Source: Gammaproteobacteria bacterium (lineage in GTDB: Bacteria > Pseudomonadota > Gammaproteobacteria > Steroidobacterales > Steroidobacteraceae). From it: DNA of 64,000 nucleotides. The stretch spans positions 763,488 to 827,487 of the forward strand of contig JBBCGS010000002.1 of NCBI GenBank assembly GCA_037200125.1, given 5' to 3'. The position numbers and the translations under genes were made by a program. Positions within the stretch are counted from its first letter, which is position 1. Each line of letters starts with the position of its first letter. This document shows, one piece after another, positions 1 to 10,015 of this stretch. Under the pieces are notes generated by a model. The model had not been told where the DNA came from. It saw only the letters and a program-made list of their open reading frames with translations, and did not search any database.

Positions 1-383
1 AGTGCGCTCCCTCCCGTCGTGCGCGCGCCCGCCGTATCGATGATGTCCTTGATGGCAAGCGGCACGCCGTGCAGCGGCCCGCGAAGCTTGCCGGCCTTCT
101 GCTCGGCATCCAGCTGCGCCGCCTGCGCGCGGGCCTGGGCCTTCAGCACTGTGATGAAGGCGTCGAGTTTCGGGTCGAACACCGCGATCCGCGCGAGGCT
201 CGCTTCGGTGAGCTGGGTCGACGTCACGGAGCCCGATCGAACCGCGGCGGCCGCCTCGCTCAACGTCAACGTCGAGAGATCGGACGAGCTCGCGACCGCA
301 CTTGCGAGGCCGACTCGGGAGACCGCTTGAACCGCCATCGCGCCCGCCGCAACGGCGGTGAACTCACGTCGTGTCATCTTCAT
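1..383 (-). CDS. Amidase (amidase-signature family), 5' part only; gene continues past window start
   Basis: Reverse-strand translation from ATG at 383: MKMTRREFTAVAAGAMAVQAVSRV... Twin-arginine (RREF) signal. GAKLRGPLHGVPLAIKDIIDTAGARTTGGS is a typical amidase-signature N-terminal region. No stop before position 1. Confidence 0.7.
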   Translation of the reverse strand, partial: MKMTRREFTAVAAGAMAVQAVSRVGLASAVASSSDLSTLTLSEAAAAVRSGSVTSTQLTEASLARIAVFDPKLDAFITVLKAQARAQAAQLDAEQKAGKLRGPLHGVPLAIKDIIDTAGARTTGGSA

Positions 384-583
384 TTTTCTGGAACCCTGCT
401 CCGGTGACTGGCCAAGCGTCTTCCCCTTCAGACGGGCGATTCGGCCGCCGCCCCACCCGAGCACGTGTGCGTTTGTGACTTTTTGTGGTTCGTCCCCATC
501 GCCGCGACCGCCGCGCGCCCTATCCGGGCGTATGCAGGCAGCCGGCGAATTTCTCAGGATGTTTTGAGCAACGCTCGCGCGCG

Positions 584-1486
584 CTATCTCGTTCTCGACC
601 GCGCTACTCGACGATCGAAATTGAAGACTTTCGGCGCGCCGAACCTGAGCTTCCGAAAATCCGCGTGGAGTGGGTTCAGCAGGTAATTCCACTCCTCGAC
701 CACGATTGCCGAAGGCACCTTCAACACCGCGGTTTCACCCCGTTCCAGCCACTCTCCGCCGACTTTCTGCAGTTCCGTCGGCGCGTCCGCCGCATACCAA
801 TTGGCCGGCAGGTCTTTCGACGACACGCTTTGCACACGAACGCCTGACGGAATCGTGGCGCGCCCCAGCACGGTCGCCGGAACCCAACCGCGACGTCGAT
901 AGTTGACGGTGTACTCAAGCATCGCCAGCGAGATGCTGGCAGACGCGTACACGACCGGTCTTCCCCGCGGCGTCCACCGGCCGCTTGCGAATAACCCGCC
1001 TTGACCACCGAACAGTTGCGCCCGGTACGCATGCTTCCCGAGTCGAAAGACCGTGAGCGTCACGCATAAACCCCATGCTCCATTTGATAGAGCATGTTCG
1101 ATACCTTCTCGGCACCGGGGTCGGTCGCAATCGCCGCAAGCGGCGAACGGCCCGCGCAGCGCATCGCTAGGCTCACGAAGCCACGCCACGGCGTTCTCGC
1201 GACTCTCGAGCACCATCACGGCGAGAGCCAGAATTCGCGCAAGTCGCACGAGACGATCCGAAGTCGCTGGATCCAGTCGAGCACGACGTTTCCAGCGCGC
1301 GCGGGTCCGCAGACTGACCTGAAGGAGGCGATCCTCCTCAGCCGGCGTCAGTCCCAACGCCGCGATGACCGCCTCATAGGCGCGCACGGGAAGACCTCTC
1401 TCTACCTCGGCGAGCAGGTCAACGCCCGCAGCCCGCGTGCCGAACAGTCGTGGACCGCCCAGGAAGTCGATGACACTCGATGGCAC
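584..1486 (-). CDS. Xre-family (DUF2384) antitoxin and RES-domain toxin (ParS/ParT, MbcA/MbcT-like) encoded as one continuous 300-aa ORF
   Basis: N-terminal about 140 aa match the DUF2384 antitoxin pattern. The C-terminal half contains the RES core GGLFASGRWTPRGRPVVYASASISLAMLEYTVN. An internal in-frame GTG (..GAWGLC-V-TLTVFRL..) near 1060-1070 could be an independent toxin start. Confidence 0.75.
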   Translation of the reverse strand: MPSSVIDFLGGPRLFGTRAAGVDLLAEVERGLPVRAYEAVIAALGLTPAEEDRLLQVSLRTRARWKRRARLDPATSDRLVRLARILALAVMVLESRENAVAWLREPSDALRGPFAACGDCDRPRCREGIEHALSNGAWGLCVTLTVFRLGKHAYRAQLFGGQGGLFASGRWTPRGRPVVYASASISLAMLEYTVNYRRRGWVPATVLGRATIPSGVRVQSVSSKDLPANWYAADAPTELQKVGGEWLERGETAVLKVPSAIVVEEWNYLLNPLHADFRKLRFGAPKVFNFDRRVARSRTR

Positions 1487-1764
1487 AAGGAAGACCTCTG
1501 ATGCAAATTGGCAGCTATTCTAATGCCATTTGCCGGGCGGCGCGCCGGGAGTGGCCCACGACTCAGAATGCCACCAAAGCCCACCAAACGACTGACTCTC
1601 GGCCAGCGTACCGAATCGGCGACCGCAGACCGGCCACGCAAACCCGCCCGATCGCCTCGAGCACTCGAACATCATGAGCCAGCGCGTAGCCTCGCGTTGA
1701 ATCCGCACGGGGGCTGCCCTAGTCTCCCCTGAGCAACCAATCCCGCGTCCCGCCGAGGTTAGTC

Positions 1765-2244
1765 ATGAGCATCGTCAAACTGCGCGTCAACGGCGCGACT
1801 CACGAGGTGGACGTCGATCCGTCGACGCCTCTCCTTTACGTGCTGCGAAACGACCTCGATCTGCATGGGCCTCGCTTTGGATGCGGGATGGGCCAGTGCA
1901 GCGTGTGCACCGTCATCATTGACGGGGTGGCCACGCGCTCCTGTATCACGCCGGTATCAGCGGTGCGCGGTAGCGTCACAACGCTCGAGGGGCTCTCGAA
2001 GAACGGGAAGCGGCATCCGCTGCAACAAGCCTGGATCGACGAGCAGGCCGCGCAGTGTGGCTATTGCCAGAACGGCCAGATCATGACGGCCAAGGCACTG
2101 CTCGACAAGAATCCGAATCCGAGCGATGCCGAGATCCGCGCGGCGATGGACGGCGCACTGTGCCGATGCATGACCTACTACCGAGTCCAGGCGGCGATCC
2201 ATCGCGCGGTGCGCGCGACGAAAGCCGCGGGAGAAGGCAAGTGA
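1765..2244 (+). CDS. (2Fe-2S)-binding small subunit of a molybdopterin oxidoreductase (IorA/CoxS/aldehyde oxidase gamma-subunit type)
   Basis: Two [2Fe-2S] cysteine clusters: CGMGQCSVCTV and CGYCQNGQIMT...CRC. It is 159 aa and its stop overlaps the start of the next gene. Confidence 0.9.
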   Translation: MSIVKLRVNGATHEVDVDPSTPLLYVLRNDLDLHGPRFGCGMGQCSVCTVIIDGVATRSCITPVSAVRGSVTTLEGLSKNGKRHPLQQAWIDEQAAQCGYCQNGQIMTAKALLDKNPNPSDAEIRAAMDGALCRCMTYYRVQAAIHRAVRATKAAGEGK

Positions 2245-4628
2245 GCAACCTCCTGCAGCTGCCGAAGGCGGTGGAAGATGCAATCCCCGGGCTCACTCAG
2301 GCCTCGCGCCGAAGCTTTCTCAAAGCTTCCGGCGCACTGGTGATCAGCTTGAGCGTCGGCACTATGCCCGGCACAAACGCATTCGCGCAGACAGCCGCGG
2401 CTGCGGCCCCCGCCGGCCCCTACCCTGATCCCGACTTCCTGCAGGTCGACACGTGGATCGTGATTCATCCGGACAACAGCGCAACGTTCTACGTCGGCAA
2501 GACCGATGGCGGCCAGGGCACGGGCACGGCCTTCCGGCAGATGATGTGCGACGAACTGGACATCGCCTACGACAAGACCCGCCTCGTGATGGGTTGCACG
2601 GACATCACGCCTGACCAGGGCGGCTCGGGAGGTTCCGACGGCGTGGAGCGCGATGGCCTGGTGATGCGCCGAGTGGCGGCCGAAGCGCGGCGAGTCCTGC
2701 TGGACCTCGGTAGCCAGCATCTCGGCGCGCCGGTCGAAATGCTCGCGGTGGCCAACGCCACTATTGCGCTGAAGTCCGATCCCGCGAAGAAGGTGAGCTA
2801 CGCTCAACTGGTCGGCGGGAAACGCTTCAACGCCGCTCTCACCGGACGCAACGTCGACGCCGCGACCGGCAAAGCCCCCATAAAGCCGGTCACCGAGTTG
2901 CGCGTCGTCGGACAGTCACTGAAGCGCTACGACATTCCCGGCAAGGTGGACGGATCGTTGAAGTGGGCTGTGGACATGAAGCTGCCGCGCATGGTCCACG
3001 CGCGCAACGTCCGGCCGCCGTTCGCAGGCGCGACGCTACAGCGGATCGACGAATCGTCGGTGGCCGATGTGCCCGGCTTCATTCGCGTCGTCAGCCGTGG
3101 CAACTATGTCGCGGTGATCTGCGAGCGCGAAGAGCAGGCGATCCGCGCCGCGAGACAATTGAAGACGGAATGGAAACGGCCCGCCGCCGCGCCGTTCCCG
3201 TCCTCCGACGAGTTGTTCGACTACATGCGGCGTGCCACGCCCACTTCAGCCGGCGAGGCAAAGGTTGAGGGTGACCCGACCGCGGCGCTCGCGAGTGCCA
3301 GGCAGGTTGTCGAAGCCGACTACGAAGTGCCCTTTCAGGGACACTCATCCATTGGACCGGCACACGCGCTGGCCGACCCTTCCGACGGGCAGATGACGAT
3401 CTATTCGAACGACATGAAGTCGTACGGCCTGCGCATCGGCGTCGCGAAGTTCCTCGATATGCCGAAGGAGAAAGTGCGCGTCGTCTATATGGATGGCCCG
3501 CAAGTGTATGGCCGCACCGCTGCGGACGATGCCGGTTTCGAAGCCGCGTTCCTCGCCAAAGAGCTCGGCCGCCCGGTGCGCATGCAGTGGATGCGTGAAG
3601 AAGAAACGGGCTGGGATACCAAAGGCCCTGCGCACGTCTTCAAGATGCGCGGCGGGCTGGACGATCAAGGCAAAGTGGTGGCGCTCGAGTACGACGCCTG
3701 TGCCGCGGACTACAACCACCTTTGGTACAACGAACCCGACACGGTGCTGATTGCGCAGCTCATGGGCCGGCGCCCTCCCAGCCCGGCGAAGGGCAGTGTC
3801 GAAGCGCCGACCTCGATGTACGCCATTGCGAATCGGCGCACGACAACGCGCATCGTCGCGCTGCCGATGATCTGGGAGACACCGCTGCGGACCGGTAATC
3901 TGCGCGATCCCAATGGACCGCAGGTAACGTTCGCCTTCGAGTCGTTCATCGACGAGCTGGCGGCGGCGGCCAAGGCTGACCCCGTGCGGTTCCGCCTCGA
4001 TCTGCTCGAACAGGCGAAAGAAGATGAGGTGTTCCGCAAAGCGCGCTCCCTCGCCGCTGTGCGTGCCGCCGCAAAGACTTTTGGATGGGACGCGCGCCCG
4101 TCACCGAAGCCATTCGCGGCGGCATCGAGCGGCAAAACACTCTCGGGCCGAGGCATCGCGTACACCTACCGCAGCAACACCATTGCCGTCGTCATCGCCG
4201 AAGTCGAAGTGAATCGGGAGACCGGGCGTGTGTGGGCCAAGCGGCTCGTGTGCGCACACGACTGCGGACTGGTGATCAATCCCGAGGGCCTGAGTCACAC
4301 CGTGGAGTGCGGCATGTTGCACGGTCTGAGCCGTGCGCTCTGGGAAGAGGTCACCTTCGACACGGAGAATGTCACGAGCGTCAACTGGGCTTCATACCCC
4401 AGCTTGCGGCATTCGGACACGCCGCAATCCATCGACGTCGTGCTGGTCAACGGCGATCCGACGCCGGGCCGCCCCGACCTCGCGCCCTACGGCGCGGGCG
4501 AATGCAGCCACAAAGCCGTGATCGCCGCGATTGCCAACGCGATTTACGACGCAACGGGGGTTCGAATACGCCGGGCGCCCTTCCGCAGCGAGCGGGTGTT
4601 GGCGGCACTCGCGGCTGCGAGCACCTGA
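2241..4628 (+). CDS. Molybdopterin-binding large subunit (xanthine dehydrogenase/aldehyde oxidase family, IorB-like) with Tat signal
   Basis: GTG at 2241 overlaps the small-subunit stop (GTGA). Tat motif SRRSFLKASGALVISL. About 795 aa with homology along its length to Moco dehydrogenase beta subunits. The 2055 start given in the ORF track is an upstream alternative-start extension. Confidence 0.88.
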   Translation: MSNLLQLPKAVEDAIPGLTQASRRSFLKASGALVISLSVGTMPGTNAFAQTAAAAAPAGPYPDPDFLQVDTWIVIHPDNSATFYVGKTDGGQGTGTAFRQMMCDELDIAYDKTRLVMGCTDITPDQGGSGGSDGVERDGLVMRRVAAEARRVLLDLGSQHLGAPVEMLAVANATIALKSDPAKKVSYAQLVGGKRFNAALTGRNVDAATGKAPIKPVTELRVVGQSLKRYDIPGKVDGSLKWAVDMKLPRMVHARNVRPPFAGATLQRIDESSVADVPGFIRVVSRGNYVAVICEREEQAIRAARQLKTEWKRPAAAPFPSSDELFDYMRRATPTSAGEAKVEGDPTAALASARQVVEADYEVPFQGHSSIGPAHALADPSDGQMTIYSNDMKSYGLRIGVAKFLDMPKEKVRVVYMDGPQVYGRTAADDAGFEAAFLAKELGRPVRMQWMREEETGWDTKGPAHVFKMRGGLDDQGKVVALEYDACAADYNHLWYNEPDTVLIAQLMGRRPPSPAKGSVEAPTSMYAIANRRTTTRIVALPMIWETPLRTGNLRDPNGPQVTFAFESFIDELAAAAKADPVRFRLDLLEQAKEDEVFRKARSLAAVRAAAKTFGWDARPSPKPFAAASSGKTLSGRGIAYTYRSNTIAVVIAEVEVNRETGRVWAKRLVCAHDCGLVINPEGLSHTVECGMLHGLSRALWEEVTFDTENVTSVNWASYPSLRHSDTPQSIDVVLVNGDPTPGRPDLAPYGAGECSHKAVIAAIANAIYDATGVRIRRAPFRSERVLAALAAAST

Positions 4629-4801
4629 ATCGCGAAACGCGACTGGCGGGCAAGGGCAGAGATGCGTGTGAGCTGCGTGCGACCGCCAGCGCATATCACC
4701 CACCGCGGCCCGGCATCCGCGGCGGTGCATTGTCGGCACGAACGCCCGCAAACCCGTTAAAGTGCTGCCCGACCTACACATGACTCCGAGGCCAGATCAC
4801 C

Positions 4802-4918
4802 ATGTCAATGAACTCACACTATGCACGGTCGCCGGCACCTGCGACTCCCGAACAAAAGCCCGCCGCCAAGAAGGCGCAAAGCAAGCCGGCAAAGTCGAAG
4901 CCCGCGAAGAAGAAGTAA
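4802..4918 (+). CDS. Possible small Lys/Ala/Pro-rich protein (38 aa)
   Basis: ATG at 4802, TAA at 4916-4918, GAGG about 13 nt upstream. Translation: MSMNSHYARSPAPATPEQKPAAKKAQSKPAKSKPAKKK. It is below the 60-aa cutoff of the ORF track. Confidence 0.25.
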   Translation: MSMNSHYARSPAPATPEQKPAAKKAQSKPAKSKPAKKK

Positions 4919-5005
4919 TGCGCTGATCCCCGCCGGCCGGCGTTCGCGCGCCAGCCGGGGTGGGACGGCTCATGGTTCGTTCGCCGGTCACGCCACTCCT
5001 CGCTC

Positions 5006-5920
5006 TTGCACGCCGCACAGCCTCCCCGCCATCGCCCGGTCCTGGGCATCGGTCTGAAACTCGCTTCGCTCGTTCTGTTATCCGGCATGACGTTATGCGT
5101 CAAGCTGCTCGGCCAGGACACTCCGAGCGGCCAAATCATCTTTGCGCGAGGGGTGATCTCAGTCGCGGTCCTCGCGCTGATTGCGTGGCGTACCCACAGA
5201 CCGCATCTGCTGAAGACGAGCAACTGGCGCGGTCATGCCCTGCGCTCATTGGCCGGAACCGTGAGCATGTTCTGCCTGTTCGCGGCGGTCACGATGATTC
5301 CGTTGGCCGACGTCACCGCGATCACGTACGCGTCGCCGATGTTCATCACAGTGCTCGCCATGGTGTTTCTCGGTGAGCGGATTCACCGCTATCGCTGGAC
5401 GGCGCTGGCGCTGGGTTTCGTGGGAGTGCTGATCATGATTGGTCCCCATCTGTCCTTCGGGGCAGAGGGATCGATGGGCTCGCTGGCCGCGCTGGGCGCC
5501 GCCTTGTCCGCGGCGATCGCGATGACGTCCCTGCGCGCCATGAGTGGCGGCGAGCATGCGATCACGATTACGTTCTACTTTTCCCTCACGTTCATGGTCT
5601 GCGCGGGCCTGACCGCGATCCAGGGGTGGCCGGTGCCGACGCTGAGCCAATCCCTGCTGATCGTCCTCGCCGGTTTGTTCGGCGTGTTCGGCCAGCTCTT
5701 GATGACGTACTCCTATCGCTACGCCGAAGCGTCCACGATCGCGCCGCTCGAGTACACGAGCATGATCATGGCCGTCATCCTGGGCTATCTGTTCTTCGAC
5801 GAGATCCCGAAGCTCTCGGTGTGGATCGGCGCGCCGCTGGTCATCGCCGCGGGATCGATCGTGTTGTGGCGCGAGCATTTCCTGAAGAAGCAGATCAGCG
5901 CCGTCGGCTCGGAAGCGTGA
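5006..5920 (+). CDS. DMT-superfamily (EamA-like) transporter
   Basis: Ten predicted TM segments in a duplicated EamA pattern. TTG start at 5006; the true start may be the ATG at 5087. Confidence 0.8.
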   Translation: MHAAQPPRHRPVLGIGLKLASLVLLSGMTLCVKLLGQDTPSGQIIFARGVISVAVLALIAWRTHRPHLLKTSNWRGHALRSLAGTVSMFCLFAAVTMIPLADVTAITYASPMFITVLAMVFLGERIHRYRWTALALGFVGVLIMIGPHLSFGAEGSMGSLAALGAALSAAIAMTSLRAMSGGEHAITITFYFSLTFMVCAGLTAIQGWPVPTLSQSLLIVLAGLFGVFGQLLMTYSYRYAEASTIAPLEYTSMIMAVILGYLFFDEIPKLSVWIGAPLVIAAGSIVLWREHFLKKQISAVGSEA

Positions 5921-6142
5921 GAGCCACTCATCGGGAAACCCGCTCGACTTCGCGGTTCCCCCGCTGCGAGGTCCTGCCGCGAGAGTCTTGTCGCGCGCTC
6001 CTTTCGGTGATTGGCGGACTTCGGAACGGCTTTTCTTACACGTCCCGCAACCTTTGCGGCCTCCGCGGGCACATACCTTTCTTGCCTGTCTCCAGTTCGA
6101 TCCAGACCCCGGAAAACATCGGCTTTCACAGGGTTTTCCAGT

Positions 6143-6166
6143 TGCTAATACGAATGCTTCCTATTA
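6143..6166. promoter_or_regulatory. Candidate Fur-box-like AT-rich element upstream of the siderophore receptor
   Basis: GCTAATACGAATGCTTCCTATTAG is an AT-rich partial dyad (AATA...TATT) in an otherwise GC-rich leader, about 85 bp upstream of the receptor ATG. Confidence 0.25.
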
Positions 6167-6250
6167 GGGTCGCGACCGCTCACCTGCGGTTGAAGCCGCC
6201 GTGAGTCTTACCGATTCCTTACAAGTTTTCCGATTCGGGACTGAAAAGAC

Positions 6251-8635
6251 ATGAAAGCCAAACGCCGTACTCCCTTTGCCGGGGCCTTGATCGCCGGCTT
6301 ATCCATGCCGGTCGCGACTGCGGTGTTTGCCGCGGATCCGCCGCAGCCCCCGCCCGAGAAAGCAACCGCGCTGCCTCGTGTGAAGGTCGAGACAACCGAA
6401 GAGGACGGCTTCACCACTGACAGCACCGGCACCGCGACGCGCACCGACACGCCGATGCGTGACATTCCTCAGTACATCAACACCGTGCCCCAGCAGTTGA
6501 TTCGCTCGCAGGGCGCCACGTCTTTGCAGGATGCGCTTCGCAATGTCCCCGGCATCTCTTATGCGGCGCCCGAAGGCGGCACGCAGGCCAACCAGGTGTT
6601 CTTCCTGCGCGGCTTTCCGCTGAGCGCGGATCTCTTCATCGATGGCGTGCGCGACCTGGGTGAGTACAACCGCGATCTGTTCGACACCGAATCGGTCGAG
6701 GTGCTCAAAGGCTCCTCTTCTTTGTTGTTCGGCCGCGGCTCTACCGGCGGCCTCGTCAATCAGGACAGCAAGGTCGCCGATCGCGATGTGCATCGGGAAG
6801 TGGCGCTGCAGGCGGGGTCGTTCGACCAGAAGCGCGTGACGGCCGACTTCAGCACCGTCGCCGACAACAACAACTCGGCCTTGCGCGTCGTCGGGCTGCT
6901 CGAGGATTCGGGCAGCTATCGGTACCCGGAGCCGGTCAAGAAAACCGGCCTGGCGCCGAGCTTCTGGACACAGATTGGCGACGCCACCAACGCCACGCTG
7001 TCGTACTACTACCTGAAAGAAGACAGCGTCACCGACTACGCTCAGCCGGCGCTCTTCATCAACCAGGGCAAGGGCACCTTCCTGGGATTCAGCAAGGTGT
7101 CGCCTCGCACGTATTACGGCTTCGCCAACAACGACTTCTCCCACTACGACACGAGCATCGCGACGTTCAAGGTCGATCATGCGTTCAGCGACTCGCTCAA
7201 GCTGAAAAACACCCTGCGCTGGGCCAACTATCAGCGACAGACGGAAGCGACCATCACCGAAGGCATCGTGCCCACCGCGACCGATGGCACGCCCGTTACG
7301 GCGGCGACGCCCCTCAGCCTCATCCAGGTGATCCGCAATCACGACACCAACCGCAGCCGCGACAACGATGACGACGCGCTGATCAACCAGACCGACCTCA
7401 CCTGGAAAGTCAGCACCGGCGCGATCAAGCACTCCCTGCTCGCGGGCCTGGAACTGTCTCGTGAGCGGCTCCATCGCCAGAACTACCTGCTCGACGCGAA
7501 TCCAACGACCGCCGGCGTGCAGGCGCCTTCGGTGACCTCGCCGATCCTGGCCCCGCAATTGGTCGGCCCGCAGGTTTACACGAAGACTCCCAACCTGCTG
7601 GCGCTCGCCGAAGGCAAGAGCGTTGCCTTCCTCGTGCAGGATCAGATCGAGTTCTCCGAACAGTGGAAGGCGCTGGTCGGTGTGCGCCATGAACGATACG
7701 AGGCCGATGCGAGCGCGGTGTCCATCGCTCCCCCCGGCACAGTCGGCGCGGGCGTCGCGGCCGGCCCGTTCTCACGTACAGACAACATGGTCAGTGGCCG
7801 CGTTGGCCTCATCTGGCAGCCGACCGAGAAGTTGTCCTGGTACGTGTCGTGGAGCGATTCGTTCAACCCATCGGGTGAACTGGGCACGGGCGACAGTCCG
7901 ACGGGTTTTGGCGGTCGTACGGCGCAGACCAACCTGTCCGCGTCCAGCCAGAACGTGGATCCGGAAAAGAACCAGAACTACGAGCTCGGCGGCCAGTGGG
8001 ATGTCGGCGCGATCCAGCTGCGCTCGGCGATCTTCCGCAACGAAAAGACCAACGCGCGCGAGGTCGATCCGACAAACACAACGACAGTCACCGACGGCAA
8101 GCGCCGCGTCGACGGCATCGAGCTCGAAGCCAGCGGTTCCATCACGCGCGACTGGGACCTCTACAGCGGCTTCGCCTACATGGATGGCAAGATCATCGAC
8201 GCCTCGCCGTTCGGCACGATCGCCAACACCAACGGCACGCCGACCGGCCCCATCACTGATGTGCATGCCTTCTGCGCGCTGGCCACCACCCGTTGCCTCA
8301 ACGTGAATGGCAATACGCCATTTGGCGTCGCGAAGATCGCAGGCAACATCTGGACGGTGTACCGGCTCGGCGGTGGCTTTGAAGTCGGCGGCGGCGTACG
8401 CGGCCAGAAAGGCACCTGGCTGACCGATCGCAACGACCCGGGGTCGCAGATTCCCACGTACGTCCTCGTCGACGCGACGGTGGCCTATGTGCAGCCTCAG
8501 TACGAACTACGGCTCAACGGCAACAACCTCACCGACAAGCTGTATTACTACGGCGGCTACAACAATCGGCCGGACCGGGTACTGCCGGGCGCTCCGCGTT
8601 CCATCTCCGTGACACTGCGCTACTATTTCAAGTAG
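6251..8635 (+). CDS. TonB-dependent siderophore receptor
   Basis: Signal peptide, plug-domain motifs ([38 protein letters not shown]), long beta-barrel and C-terminal aromatic residue (..RYYFK). Confidence 0.9.
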   Translation: MKAKRRTPFAGALIAGLSMPVATAVFAADPPQPPPEKATALPRVKVETTEEDGFTTDSTGTATRTDTPMRDIPQYINTVPQQLIRSQGATSLQDALRNVPGISYAAPEGGTQANQVFFLRGFPLSADLFIDGVRDLGEYNRDLFDTESVEVLKGSSSLLFGRGSTGGLVNQDSKVADRDVHREVALQAGSFDQKRVTADFSTVADNNNSALRVVGLLEDSGSYRYPEPVKKTGLAPSFWTQIGDATNATLSYYYLKEDSVTDYAQPALFINQGKGTFLGFSKVSPRTYYGFANNDFSHYDTSIATFKVDHAFSDSLKLKNTLRWANYQRQTEATITEGIVPTATDGTPVTAATPLSLIQVIRNHDTNRSRDNDDDALINQTDLTWKVSTGAIKHSLLAGLELSRERLHRQNYLLDANPTTAGVQAPSVTSPILAPQLVGPQVYTKTPNLLALAEGKSVAFLVQDQIEFSEQWKALVGVRHERYEADASAVSIAPPGTVGAGVAAGPFSRTDNMVSGRVGLIWQPTEKLSWYVSWSDSFNPSGELGTGDSPTGFGGRTAQTNLSASSQNVDPEKNQNYELGGQWDVGAIQLRSAIFRNEKTNAREVDPTNTTTVTDGKRRVDGIELEASGSITRDWDLYSGFAYMDGKIIDASPFGTIANTNGTPTGPITDVHAFCALATTRCLNVNGNTPFGVAKIAGNIWTVYRLGGGFEVGGGVRGQKGTWLTDRNDPGSQIPTYVLVDATVAYVQPQYELRLNGNNLTDKLYYYGGYNNRPDRVLPGAPRSISVTLRYYFK

Positions 8636-8715
8636 TCGGATATTCGCGTCCCCGGCCATGCCGGCCGGGGACGCGGGTGTCGCGCGAAACGCTCACGCCC
8701 GCGCAGGGAGCCATC

Positions 8716-9396
8716 ATGCTGTTACAGATCCCCAAGGTGCTCACACCTGAGCAGGTCACGCGCTTTCGCGCGCGGATCGATGCTGCGCAGTGGGTCGATG
8801 GCAACATCACCTCGGGCCACCAATCCGCACAGGCCAAGTACAACCAGCAGTTGCCCGAGGAGTCCGTCGAGGCGCGCGAGATCGGCGAGGAGATCATTGC
8901 GGCGTTAGGGCGCAGCCCGCTGTTCTTTTCAGCGGCGCTACCCAAGCAGGTGTATCCGCCGCTGTTCAATCGCTACACGAGCGGCATGAATTTCGGCAGT
9001 CACGTTGACGGCGCGATGCGCGTGCATGCGCAGAGCGGGCGACGTATCCGCACCGACATCTCCGCCACCTTGTTCCTGACAGCGCCCGAGGATTACGACG
9101 GCGGCGAGTTGCTGGTGGAAGACGCTTACGGCGTGCACACAGTCAAGCTGCCCGCGGGGGATATGGTCATCTACCCCGCCACCAGCCTGCATCGCGTTAC
9201 CCCGGTGACGCGCGGTGCGCGAGTGTCTTCGTTCTTCTGGATCGAGAGCATGATTCGCAGCGATGAGCAGCGCAGCCTGCTGTTCGACATGGATATGGCT
9301 TTGGTGCGCCTGAGCCAGCAGGCGCGCGAGAACCCGTCGCTGATCACCCTCACCGGCTGCTATCACAACCTCCTGCGGATGTGGGGTCAGTCCTGA
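8716..9396 (+). CDS. piuC: PiuC-type Fe(II)/2-oxoglutarate-dependent dioxygenase (PKHD-type hydroxylase)
   Basis: Begins [14 protein letters not shown]. Has the HxD...H facial triad (HVDG...H). Classic pairing with a preceding siderophore receptor. Confidence 0.85.
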   Translation: MLLQIPKVLTPEQVTRFRARIDAAQWVDGNITSGHQSAQAKYNQQLPEESVEAREIGEEIIAALGRSPLFFSAALPKQVYPPLFNRYTSGMNFGSHVDGAMRVHAQSGRRIRTDISATLFLTAPEDYDGGELLVEDAYGVHTVKLPAGDMVIYPATSLHRVTPVTRGARVSSFFWIESMIRSDEQRSLLFDMDMALVRLSQQARENPSLITLTGCYHNLLRMWGQS

Positions 9397-9860
9397 TTGT
9401 GAGCTACCGCCACTTCGTGATCCGCCGTTGAGGAAGGGCTCCACGGAGCCATGGCGGCGCAGATGAGTAGCATCGTCGTGAGCACCATCCTGGCCGGCCG
9501 CCTGAGCCACGCTTCGACCTGCAAACTGCGCGGCTCGCCACGAACAGACCATTCGCAGAAGTGCTCGCAGTTGTTCGTAAACAGACGATAGCGGCGCTCG
9601 CCTACGCGGGAGCGAGCGCGGCACACGATCTCCGCGGCGTCGAAGGCCGGTGCGGGGCTCGGCCTCAGCCAGAACGGCCGGCCGCTCGCGAAGCGGCCGA
9701 GCGGGACTTCTTCCACCGGGCCTCTCCGCAAGCCGTTCGCCAGACCCGCGTAGTGCACGACTTTGCCGTCGCCCACATAGATTCCATGATGCAGGTATCC
9801 GCGACGGGGCGTGATCACATGTGCGCCCAACGGCAATTCACGCGCGGATATCGCTTGCAT
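9387..9860 (-). CDS. LRAT/NlpC-P60 superfamily (permuted papain-like) protein with C-terminal TM helix
   Basis: H-box [16 protein letters not shown] and catalytic-Cys motif NCEHFCEW. C-terminal hydrophobic stretch [19 protein letters not shown] at 9860 verified on the reverse strand. The ORF track extends to 10082 from an alternative start. Confidence 0.6.
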   Translation of the reverse strand: MQAISARELPLGAHVITPRRGYLHHGIYVGDGKVVHYAGLANGLRRGPVEEVPLGRFASGRPFWLRPSPAPAFDAAEIVCRARSRVGERRYRLFTNNCEHFCEWSVRGEPRSLQVEAWLRRPARMVLTTMLLICAAMAPWSPSSTADHEVAVAHNQD

Positions 9861-10015
9861 GGTGGCGCTCTCCCATCGGGATCTCCTGACCGACAGGATG
9901 CGAGAACGGCACTGCGGGACCGTTTCCGCGGATTCCCGGCGCATTTCGGATGAAACCGATCGGGAGGATGGCACGATGGTGCAATTGACCGCCCCGATGC
10001 TCATAGTGTGATCAC

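Noticed and set aside
2055-2240. N-terminal 62-aa extension of the molybdoenzyme large subunit in the ORF track (start 2055)
   Set aside because: It overlaps the 3' end of the small-subunit gene in another frame. The GTG at 2241 overlapping the upstream stop, followed by a Tat signal, is the natural start.
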